Positions 12,901 through 23,084 of a DNA stretch of 64,000 nucleotides are shown one piece after another. A program made the position numbers and the translations under genes. The stretch spans positions 4,960,001 to 5,024,000 of the forward strand of contig OX597823.1 of NCBI GenBank assembly GCA_951406725.2, given 5' to 3'. Each line of letters starts with the position of its first letter. Position 1 is the first letter of the stretch. Under the pieces are notes generated by a model, which ran no database searches, had not been told where the DNA came from, and saw only the letters and a list, made by a program, of their open reading frames with translations. Source of the DNA: Octopus vulgaris. Its lineage: Eukaryota.

Positions 12901-13551
12901 GACTCCTTACATACTCATTCGTTACAACATTCACATAGGCACAGACAAATTGGCTCATGCATAAAAGCATACACAGACAGCAGAATTGGCAAAACTCTCT
13001 GTTCTCTGCAACCTGAGTTCAAACCCAGTTGGAGTCAACTTACCTGTCATCAATAAAAAAGAACACCAATCCAAGGCAGTGGATTAGTAGAACTGCAACA
13101 ATGTGGGACCAAATACCTTGTGGTGTTTGTTGCAGCTCCTTAAATGGCATGGCTAGAATGAGTGCCATCAGGGCACCTATAAAGTTTTCCACCACTCACC
13201 AGGAATCCTCACCAAGCCTAAACAAGTTTATACAGTATCACCTGTGATGGGCTGCTCTTTATGTTCTATGGTTCAAATCCCACCATAGACTAGACGGGTG
13301 TAGGCTTAACTCATCACCTATTTTAACACCACCACCTGACACTTTCGGTACCCTGGTACCTTTAGCAGAGTGTATCCTGTTGCAAAATTTTGGACCAAGT
13401 CTCCAATCTGAGGGTATTGTTCTTCATCCCTTTTTCCCTGCCTCCCACCAGTCTTGGAGGCCCTGGCCCTGTTCATGGGGCTCCGACTTCTTTCCTTACC
13501 AACACATAAAAGCTAATAACAGCAAAACATACACATAAACACCCACTCCCC

Positions 13552-13554
<3 letters not shown>

Positions 13555-13587
<33 letters not shown>

Positions 13588-13990
13588 GAAGATTTAACAT
13601 AAACAAGCATAAAATTGGCATACAACAACAATGCATACACTTTTATACTATACACATACATACAGACACACAAACACAAGTATTCACACAAGTGCATGTA
13701 CACACACATGCACAAACACACACACTCATGCACACACACACACACAAAGACATTAACACATGCTCTTACACAATACAGACACACACTTCAAAAAACATTT
13801 ACACATATACTCACATATGCACACACACACACACACACATGCACACACCCACATATGCACACAGACACAGAGAAAACTCCCTATATCACACATAAACATG
13901 CTTACGTACATACAAACACATACACAACTACTCATACATACAACTACACATACACATTCACACATATATACACCAGAATACATACAAACG
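13555..13990. repeat. (CT)n and degenerate (CA)n microsatellite
   Basis: Direct reading. Confidence 0.85.
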
Positions 13991-14595
13991 CAGATGTGAA
14001 CCAAATCCCATAACCTGCTCTGTTCTCAATAAGATCCAAGTCCATCTTTCTTAAAGTTGTTGTTATTGTCTCTGCTATCAACACTTAAACTGGAAATGGT
14101 TTTTCAGCAATTACATTATATCGACTGTCAAATTATTCTAACATTCTTCATTCCTCCTTCAGTTGGCTTTCCATATTTTTATTCTTTTACAGCTGCTTTA
14201 CCTCTTTCGTTCTTCCTTCATTATTTCTTTCTTTCGTTCTTCCTTCATTACTTCTTTCTTTCGTTCTTTCTTTCTTTTCTTCCATTTGCTATTTCTTTTC
14301 TTTTTTTCTTATTTCAAATTCTTCTTTTACAGAAGAATGCTCTATGATATTGTGAGTGTGTTTATTAATGGCTGCATATGTGCACTTATGTGTATAGGTG
14401 TGCAGTTAGATACAAACACATGCACATGCTCTAATATATACATGCACAACTTATGCTAACATCACATATATATATATGTATATATAGAAAGATAGATAGA
14501 TTGATAGGTATTTGTCCACTTTATATAACACATAACTCAGAAACAGTGCTACAGATGTGCCAGCACACACAAGCCTGAGACATGGCCGCCCTCAC

Positions 14596-14652
14596 GCACT
14601 TCTCAGGAGGAATTCTGAAAGGAGCTTCATGAGACCAGTGCAGGGACACTTC
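14596..14652 (-). other. Candidate 57-nt spliced exon of an unidentified minus-strand transcript
   Basis: ~55-nt polypyrimidine tract ending TTTCCCAG, a GC-richer unique segment, then possible donor GTGAGG. Phase-0 reading EVSLHWSHEAPFRIPPEKC is open; no homology recognised. Confidence 0.3.
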
Positions 14653-15075
14653 CTGGGAAAGAAAAAAAAGGGGGGAAAAAGGAAGAAGGAAGAAAGGGAA
14701 AAAAAGAAAAAAGCTGTTGGAAAAGCGATTGTAGCAGTGACTTGATCAATTCCTAGGGATATCTGAAGAATGAAATTTTTATATTCCAAAATATTATTAT
14801 ATCAGACTATGGATGATTAAATTACACCAGTAATTATAGTCCATTGTTGTTATTATAGTGCATTGCTGTGCCATTCAAAACACATTATTACTATTTATTA
14901 TTATTGGTTATATTGATGTTTGCTTTTATGTTTAGTTATAATAAAAAAACAATTTTACATTAATCTGAGAGGTTACTCTATTCTTTTGTAGAGTACCAAA
15001 TTATTTCTTCTAAAACAAGAATATTGTTGACAGTGATTTTGAGGTTTTGGTCAGTTAAGCTATCATCAAACTGCT

Positions 15076-15107
<32 letters not shown>

Positions 15108-15113
<6 letters not shown>

Positions 15114-15900
15114 AAAGTAAACAGAAAATGGAGAAATATTGATCAACAACAATTGACTTACATCAATTCTTATTTATTAATTCAATACAAATAGACTGCA
15201 TCCCATCTAACAGCCGTTTCTGCTCCAATGTTATGTGGTATTGCCATTGATATACTAAAAAATAATATTCATTATATTTGGTAATAAATCCGATATAGAA
15301 CATGGAGCTTCATCAGAGTGAAGAACAATACATACATAAGAGAAAAGAAAAGAAAAGAAGAGCCTAGAAAGGAAAAGGAAAGGCTGAATATGTTTAAATC
15401 ATATAATTTTGCTTGTGTTTCTTTGGGACTTTGAGTAAATGACTTAACTTAAAAAAATAATTGGTAGGTTAATTTTTTCTATGGGGGTAATAGGGTGGGT
15501 AAGTAATAAAAAAAGTAAATATAAAAAATTTACAATAACAGGATACGCCAATAGGTTTAATCAAAGAAGGAGTGAAATTTCCATAACGTTTTGTAGTAAT
15601 CATAATTGTTCTTAATAATTATATTTATAGTACCAATTAATAGTTTTTATCATAATAAAGTGCCCAACAATTTTAATTATTTATTTACTAATATGTGGTA
15701 AAGTCCAACCACCTATTGTCTATAATGGGATTGACTAAGGTGCAGCGTTCAATATAATTGGTCAGTTAAACTGAAATCTATGAGCATAATATGCTTGCAT
15801 ATCTATGTCCAGGGTTAACATAGGTAATTATACCAATAGTATAACAGATACTTTTATCCCTTAGATGGTCATTCCAATCTCTAACTCTACTAACCTTATA
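15108..15900 (-). mobile_element. Non-coding element embedded in (TA)n carrying a hammerhead-like motif (probable Penelope pLTR or retrozyme-like)
   Basis: Bounded by (TA)n on both sides; contains CTGATGA...GAAACGGCTGTT on the minus strand. Confidence 0.45.
15201..15322 (-). ncRNA. Candidate type I hammerhead ribozyme with extended stem II
   Basis: Minus strand: TTCACT-CTGATGA-A-GCTCCATGTT...AACATTGGAGC-A-GAAAC-GGCT-GTT-AGATGGGA. Confidence 0.5.
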
Positions 15901-15918
15901 TATATATATATATATTAG

Positions 15919-15949
<31 letters not shown>

Positions 15950-15951
<2 letters not shown>

Positions 15952-16320
15952 GTTAATCCAAACAAGAAAACACAAAAAAAACAGCAACGCGAGGACGTGG
16001 AACAAATAAAGTATTATTGGACGCTCAGGAAAGAAGGGAAGAAGGAGGGTTTAACGTTTCGAGCGGAGCTCTTCATCATCATCATCGTTTAACGTCCATT
16101 CTCCATGCTAGCATAGGTTGGACGGTTCGATCGGGGATCTGGGAAGCCAGAAGGCTGCACCAGGCTCCGGTCTTATCTGGCAATGTTTCTACAGCTGGAT
16201 GCCCTTCCTAACGGCAACCACTTCGTCGGAAACAAAGGAGAAGGAAAGATCCCGAGAAGAGAAGACAGAGGAAAAAAATTGCTGGCGGTGCTCACGAGGT
16301 CACATGTTGAAAACATGAGG
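15950..16320 (-). mobile_element. Penelope-type pLTR fragment with minimal hammerhead, interrupted by an RTE tail
   Basis: Removing 16075-16220 and one CTTC copy restores GTTT-CCGACGA-A-GAGC-TCC-GCTC-GAAA-CG-TT-AAAC. Homologous to 48410-48820. Confidence 0.7.
16075..16220 (-). mobile_element. RTE 3'UTR tail copy
   Basis: (CAT)n-CGTTTAACGTCC...GGATGCCCTTCCTAACG; flanked by CTTC on both sides. Confidence 0.85.
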
Positions 16321-16321
16321 T

Positions 16322-16378
<57 letters not shown>

Positions 16379-16399
16379 GAAGAGGAAACAAACAATACT

Positions 16400-16560
16400 G
16401 CTGACAATGTGTCTCAATTCCAATATCCTTCAGTATCTTAAATAGCAGTTAAGATATTGTGCCAAGTGCACCAATTACCACAGAAACAATTGTCACCTTT
16501 GTTTTTTGCACAATCTCTTCATCTCTCTGGCTAGGCCCTGATATTTCTCAGTTTCTTTAT
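16400..16560 (-). pseudogene. C-terminal remnant of an RLE-type (R4-like) non-LTR retrotransposon
   Basis: Minus translation EKYQGLAREMKRLC...VTIVSVVIGALGTI; nucleotide similarity to 58015-58085. Confidence 0.6.
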
Positions 16561-16599
16561 ATATGATTTATTGTGCATTTTAGAAAAACTAGTAAGGAA

Positions 16600-16806
16600 T
16601 CGATATCCTCCACGATCATCACTACAAGAACTGGAGACTGTTTTAACTGAAGAATGAACAAAAATTCCTTTGGAAACAATTCAAACTTTGTACAAGTCCA
16701 TACCTCATAGAATTCAAGCTGTAATTACTGCCAAAGGTAGTTCTACCCCATATTAAAATAAATTTGAAATTTTAAGGTGTTTCCTTTATTTTGTCCAGCC
16801 CCTGTA
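16600..16806 (+). mobile_element. 3' fragment of a Tc1-like transposon with right TIR
   Basis: Translation LQELETVLTEE*TKIPLETIQTLYKSIPHRIQAVITAKGSSTPY*, followed by TATTTTGTCCAGCCCCTG-TA. Confidence 0.75.
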
Positions 16807-16870
16807 TATATATATATATATATATATATACATACACACACACACATTGTATATATATATATTTATGTAT

Positions 16871-16901
<31 letters not shown>

Positions 16902-17580
16902 TGTTGCAAAACAGTAGAACATGCTGATGAGGTAAAAACCAACAAACACTGTGAATTAGATTGGGACATAAAGAAGTAAATGACTTCATGTTTTGAGTCT
17001 TCACTCTTCTTCTGAAAGAAAGGATTGACAAGTAGAGAAAAAAAAACCCAGAAAGGATATGGAGGAAAAGAAACTGACATGTGTACAAGTGTCATGGCAT
17101 GCTGAAATGAGTGGAAGTGGTAGAGAAGTCGCTTCAGGTGTCCATGGAAAATGGGGACAATTGTGAGCCTGGTGTGTGCGTGTGTGTGTGAATGTATATG
17201 TAAATCTGTGTATCTCTTGGGTCTTCTCACCCTCAAACTGCATTATATTATTATATATGTAGATCTGAATGAGACTAATTCTATGTATTTAACTGCTTTC
17301 CCAACTAAACATACACTTCATTCTAATGACTCTGAACAAGCCATGAGATGTTACACAAGCAATCAGTTCCCACGGTGTTTCTTCACCACTTCTTTATATA
17401 GCAGAAACAGCTGTGCTGTAAGCGAATGAAGGTGATTGCATACTTCTTGTTCTTTTGTCACTTATTAATTGATATCATGTCCTCTACTCTCTTGAGTATT
17501 GTGTGTCCTAACAACTGGTCATTAGTTTTGCTATCCAATATCATAATACACACACACACACACATACATACATACATACA

Positions 17581-18728
17581 TGGATAGTGAGAGCTGTACG
17601 AGCCATGTACAAGGACGCTGTTAGTAAGGTGAGGGTTGGCAACGAGTACAGTGAATAATTCCGGGTAGAGGTTGGGGTCCACCAAGGTTCAGTCCTAGCC
17701 CCCTCCTATTTATCATAGTCCTCCAGGCAATAACGGAGGAATTCAAGACAGGCTGCCCCTGGGAGCTCCTCTATGCTGATGACCTTGCCCTAATTGCTGA
17801 GTCACTATCAGAACTGGAGGAGAAGTTTCAGGTGTGGAAGCAAGGATTAGAATCGAAGGGCCTAAGAGTCAACCTAGCAAAAACTAAAGTTCTAATAAGT
17901 AGGAAGGTAGACAAATCACAAACACCCTCAGGTAGATGGCCCTGCTCAATCTGTAGAAAAGGCGTAGGTAGAAACTCTATAAGATGCACCAAGTGTAAGC
18001 TATGGACACATAAGAGGTGCAGCAATGTCAAAGGAAGGCTAACTAGGAAAATAGTTTTTGTATGTGGCAGATGCTCGGGAGTAATAAACACTAAAAATAC
18101 GCAGAGACCATCTTCCGCCACATTCCAGGGAGAAAAACTAGAAGTAGTTGATAGCTTCCGTTACCGAGGTGACCAAGTCAGCAGCGGGAGCGGGTGTGCT
18201 GAGAGTGTAACTGCTAGAGTAAGAATAGCCTGGGCAAAGTCCAGAGAGCTCTTACCTCTGCTGGTGACAAAAGGCCTCTCGCTGAGAGTAAAAGGCAGAC
18301 TGTATGACGCATGTGTACAAATAGCTATGCTACATGGCAGTGAAACATGGGCCGTGACTGCTAAGGATATGCATAAGCTTGCAAGAAATGAAGCCAGTAT
18401 GCTCCGATGGATGTGTAATGTTAGTGTTCATACTCGACAGAGTGTAAGTTCTTTGAGAGAAAAGTTAGACCTAAGAAGCATCAGTTGTGGTGTGCAAGAG
18501 AGACGTTTGCGCTGGTATGGTCATGTGGAGAGAATGGATGAAGATAGTTGTGTGAAAAAGTGCCACACCCTAGCGGTTGAGGGAACCTGTGGAAGAGGTA
18601 GACCCAGGAAAACCTGGGACGAGGTGGTGAAACACGACCTTCAAACTTTAGGTCTCACCGAGGAAATGACTAGAAACCGAGACCTATGGAAACATGCTGT
18701 GCGTGAGAAGACCTGGCAGGACAAGTGA
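17581..18728 (+). pseudogene. RTE ORF2 remnant (reverse transcriptase)
   Basis: 298-aa ORF 17832-18728 plus upstream RT motifs, with a TAA near 17656 and a frameshift near 17697. Confidence 0.9.
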
Positions 18729-19210
18729 GGCCATAATCCCGTGGCCTACACCTGGGATGTAGCCAGCCCACTTATGCATTCCTTTCCTTCTTGGGACACA
18801 AAACTCCACTTGTGAAGACCTCTTGAGGCAAGTGAAGATCAAAATCAAAATCGTGATCGATCAACATCAATAGAATTTGTAGCTGTGATACCAGTGCCAG
18901 TGGCACGTAAGAGAACCATCTGAACGTGGCCGTAGCCAGCGCCACCCGACTGGCCTCCGTGCCAGTGGCACGTAAAAAGCACCATCCGATCGTGGCCGTC
19001 TGCCAGCCCCGTCTGGCACCTGTGCCGGTGGCACGTAAAAAGCACCCACTGCACTCACGGAGTTGTTGGCGTTAGGAAGGTCATCCAGCTGTAGAAACAC
19101 TGCCAGATCAAACTGGGCCTGGTGCAGCCTTCTGGCTACCCAGACCCCAGTTGAACCGTCCAACCCATGCCAGCATGGAAAGCGGAAGTTAAATGATGAT
19201 GATGATGATA
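17581..19210 (+). mobile_element. 5'-truncated RTE-clade LINE (RT C-half, PHD-like finger, 3'UTR, (GAT)n tail)
   Basis: GVHQGS, LYADDL, YxGD, HGSETW and RLRWYGHVERM...RGRPRKTW motifs; stop at 18728; 3'UTR with CCATGCCAGCATGG and (GAT)n. Confidence 0.95.
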
Positions 19211-19266
19211 TATATATATGTATGTATGCACATACATACACAGACACACATACATACACAGACACA

Positions 19267-19321
<55 letters not shown>

Positions 19322-19325
<4 letters not shown>

Positions 19326-19673
19326 GTTTAAATATTTGTTGTGCAAGATTTTTTATGTGAAGTTGTGTGTTGAAACAGATATTGTTATATTTCGGAATGG
19401 TCATATTGCCAGTTTAGCCAATAAAAACACGTGCACTATATATTTGGTGTTACTTTGCTTCAGTGTTATTTATTTTTTACATTAATCTTAATCTTATTTC
19501 GGCCAGAGTTCTTTCGTCACACTCCTGTGACCGCATCAGTGGTCCTTTGTTTTCTTCTTTCTTATTTGTGTCTCTCCTTACTAACCGTCAGCCATTTTGT
19601 ATTTCCATTGTATGTCTTCATTTGCGCATGCTTATATCTCTATGTGCGTTTATGTTTATTTAGTGTGTGTATG
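19322..19673 (-). repeat. Inverted 5' pseudo-LTR of the Penelope-like element
   Basis: Reverse complement of 22375-22668 with only a few substitutions, plus ~60 extra terminal bases. Confidence 0.9.
19501..19545 (-). ncRNA. Hammerhead-like motif in the inverted pLTR
   Basis: Minus strand GGACCA-CTGATGCG-GTCACA-GGAG-TGTGAC-GAAA-GAAC-TC-TGGCC. Confidence 0.55.
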
Positions 19674-21673
19674 AGGAGAGAGAAAAGGTCTTCAATGCCC
19701 ACATGATGATGTGGACAATTGTTCTGAGACCCCAGAAACGTACAGCAAATAATTTCCAAGCCCGGAACAATGATATCCTGGCACTGTATGGACTTCGCAA
19801 GGACCATAAAGTAATTACTGACCCTATAGCAGGACCACCAACAAGACCAGTCTGTGGAGCGAATATCGCTAGCAATTACAGAATCTCCTACTTCCTCTCA
19901 ATGATCATACGCCCTATAATCCGGATGTCACCTGATGTTTGTGACAGCACAGAAGATCTCCTCAGCAGGATCGATGACTATAACAGCACTTGTGACCTGA
20001 CAGGATGTATGGTGGGTAGCATGGATGTGGTATCCCTATACCCATCGATCGACGTAGATTTTGTGGTGGAGAAGTGCATGGAGATGATCAATGAGAGCCA
20101 GGTGGAGTTCTGTAATGTCAACACAGAAGAACTGGGCCTCCTACTTAGACTGACATGTAATAATGAATACTTAGATAAACATAATCTTAGTAGTTTCTGC
20201 CCCTGTAGATGTTTAAGAGGTAGACCGCCCACAATTACTTCTATGGCTAAGAAGACACATATAGAAAGATGGCGCTGATGGACCAGAGCCATATGGAGCC
20301 CCGCAAATGTCCATCAGATAAAGAAAATGATCGTACATGCACTAGGAGCTAGTATAAGAGTTACCCTAAAAGGCCACACGTTTAAGTTTAATAATAAAAT
20401 ATATGCCCAGGACGAGGAGGCAGCCATCGGCATTAGTATCGCTGGTGATGTGGCCAACCTTTTCATGGTATGGTGGGACAGAAGGCTTAAAGAACACCCA
20501 ACACAGAACTCCATACTCGTAAACATGTACTCTCGCTATGTTGATGATATCAACATAGTGGTAAAGGCACCCCGACAAGAGAGTAATGTTGATATAATAA
20601 TAGAAACTAATACTATGGAGAGCATCCAGCAAATAGCTAACTCCATCCACCAGAGTATTAAGGTCACAATAGACTACCCCACTAAACACCCCAACCATAG
20701 ACTACCAGTACTAGACACCGAATTCTGGCTAGAAATTGTGAATAATAAAACCCAAATCCTTCATTCATACTATGCCAAACCTATGGCCTCAAAATACTTG
20801 ATCCACCGGAACTCAGCCATTGCGGACAATGCCAAATTCAATATTTTGATGGCAGACCTCGTCAGAATAACGAGAAATGTGTCACGCATGTGCGAGCCTA
20901 CAGAGTTAAAGAGACACATACAATATTTCATTCACCGCATGCAGTTCTCAGGTTACAGCCATAAAGAAAGGATCAGAGTATACAAAGGAGCCATTAAGAA
21001 ATTTAATAATATATTATGTAATGATAGGAATGGGATTTGCCCATTCTATAGGAACAAGTCATGGAACACTATAGAAAGGACAAAAAAGAAAATAGGGAAG
21101 GCCAACTCTTGGTATGATAGCCATAAATACCAGAGTGTCATGTTCGTTGACACCACCCCTGGAGGTGAACTGGCGTACCGCTTTAGAAGGACCCTAGACA
21201 AACTTAAGCTAAGAATTAAGGTTGTAGAAAAGCTAGGCAACGCTATCAAATCTATAATTGGTAGAACCTATCCTTTTAGTAGAACCCCCTGTACGGATAA
21301 GTACTGTACTGTATGTAGATTTAGCCCACAAACAAACTGTAAAGCCAGAAATGTAGTCTATAGTATAAGATGTATAGAGGGACGATGCAGTAACAAGACA
21401 ACGACATACGTAGGGGAAACAGCAAGAAGCATAGGAGAGCGGGTAAATGAGCATTGGAGACAACTCAAGGAAGGTAAAAGCTCATCGATTCTGTACCAAC
21501 ACGCTGAACAGGAACACGGGGGGTCAATCAATAACATAGAAATTAAAATATTATCCACACATAGATCAGATGCAACAATTAGACAAATTACAGAAGCTAC
21601 ACACATAATAGAAAATAAACCTAGCCTGAATAGAAAACTAGATTGGAGCACTAACACACACCATAACATATGA
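19674..21673 (+). pseudogene. Penelope-like RT plus C-terminal GIY-YIG endonuclease ORF, N-truncated, one in-frame TGA at 20276-20278
   Basis: ORFs 19667-20278 and 20327-21673 share a frame. Motifs LYGLRKDHK, SMDVVSLYPSI, ANLFM, RYVDD, LPVLD, YAKPM, Cys-rich linker PCTDKYCTVC, VVYSIRC...YVGETARSIGERVNEH, EATHI, PSLN. Confidence 0.93.
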
Positions 21674-21999
21674 CGATAGAGGATCCTGAAAACATAATAA
21701 ATACACAGATAAATAAACTAATAGAAATAAATAACTATATATATATATATATTTATTTTTTTTATTTATAATTTTTTTATTTTTTTATTTTTTATTTTTT
21801 TATTATTAAAAAATTTTTTTTTTTCGATTCGATTTATTATTGTTATTACTAGTATTGTTGTTATACATACAAGCATATGTAATGATAATAATAAGTGGAT
21901 GTAAACACATGAACAAAATAAGAATAAATGAATAAACAAAAACAACAAAAACAAAAAACAAAATGCAAATTACATGAACATATATAAACAGAAAATACA

Positions 22000-22285
22000 G
22001 TGTTTCTACAGCTGGATGCCCTTCCTAACGCCAACCACTCCGATGTAGTGGGTGATTTTATGTGCCACCGACACAGGTGCCAGACGAGGCTGGCAGACGA
22101 GGCTGGCAGACGGCCACGCTCGGATGGTGTTTTTTATGTGCCACCGACACAGGTGCCAGACGAGGCTGGCTGGATGGTTTTCTTATGTGCCACCGGCACT
22201 GGTACCACAAGGATACAAATTCCATTGATGTTCATCTATTTTGATTTGGTTCGATTTGATTTGATTTGATTCGATTCGATTCTGA
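22000..22285 (-). mobile_element. Tail-less RTE 3'UTR fragment inside the PLE 3' region, flanked by a 66-bp direct duplication
   Basis: Matches 18840-19100 in reverse; 21934-21999 equals 22286-22351. Confidence 0.85.
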
Positions 22286-22374
22286 AAACAAAAACAACAA
22301 AAACAAAAAACAAAATGCAAATTACATGAACATATATAAACAGAAAATACAAATATTACAGGCATCCCCCCCCA

Positions 22375-22661
22375 CATACACACATTAAATAAACATAAAC
22401 GCACATAGAGATATAAGCATGCGCAAATGAAGACATACAATGGAAATACAAAATGGCTGACGGTTAGTAAGGAGAGACACAAATAAGAAAGAAGAAAACA
22501 AAGGACCACTGATGCGGTCACAGGTGTGTGACGAAAGAACTCTGGCCGAAATAAGATTAAGATTAATGTAAAAAATAAATAACACTGAAGCAAAATAACA
22601 CCAAATATATAGTGCACGTGTTTTTATTGGCTAAACTGGCAATATGACCATTCCAAAATAT

Positions 22662-22668
<7 letters not shown>
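22375..22668 (+). repeat. 3' pseudo-LTR of the Penelope-like element
   Basis: Downstream of the ORF; its inverted copy lies upstream of the ORF. Confidence 0.9.
22503..22547 (+). ncRNA. Hammerhead-like motif in the sense pLTR
   Basis: GG(A)CCA/TGGCC stem I, CTGATG core, perfect 6-bp stem II GTCACA/TGTGAC, GAAA, minimal stem III, UC cleavage-like site. Confidence 0.55.
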
Positions 22669-22714
<46 letters not shown>

Positions 22715-22814
22715 GACACAAACAGTCATATATACATGCATGTATGCATATACACACACATGTATATACATACATGTACATATGAATGTATAAATACATA
22801 TACATGTGTATATA

Positions 22815-23075
22815 AGACCTGGGGGTCGATTTGTTTGACTAAAGGCAGTGCTCCAGCATGGCTGCAGTCAAATGACTGAAACAAGTAAAAGAAATAAAAG
22901 AAATGAAATATATATAGGAGTGGCTGTGTTAAGTAGCTTGCTTACCAACCATGTGGTTCCGGGTTCAGTCCCACTGCGTTGCACCTTGGGCAAGTGTCTT
23001 CTACTATAGCCTTGGGCTGACCAAAGCCTTGTGAGTGGATTTGGTAGATGGAAACTGAAAGAAACCTGTCATATA
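22815..23075 (+). mobile_element. OR2-like SINE tail followed by an OR2-like SINE head
   Basis: Tail 22815-22905; head GGAGTGGCTGTG...GGTTCAGTCCCACTGCG 22916-23075. Confidence 0.8.
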
Positions 23076-23084
23076 TATATATAT

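Larger units (their letters stand above)
19322..22668 (+). mobile_element. Penelope-like element (EN+), 5'-truncated, with inverted pseudo-LTRs
   Basis: RT plus GIY-YIG ORF; 19380-19673 is the near-identical reverse complement of 22375-22668; flanked by (CA)n and (TA)n. Confidence 0.93.

Noticed and set aside
11696-14459. ORFs with poly-Leu, poly-Asn, HT/CV repeats and Phe-rich pseudo-transmembrane stretches
   Set aside because: Microsatellite and CT-rich low-complexity artefacts.
18860-19050. Regularly spaced GTGGCACGTAA repeats resembling a CRISPR array
   Set aside because: They are degenerate subunits of the RTE 3'UTR found in many dispersed copies; eukaryotic context and no cas genes.
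19431-19706. Hydrophobic ORF duplicated at 22183-22617, looking like a small membrane protein pair
   Set aside because: Antisense reading of the A-rich pLTR; the duplication is explained by the inverted pLTR.
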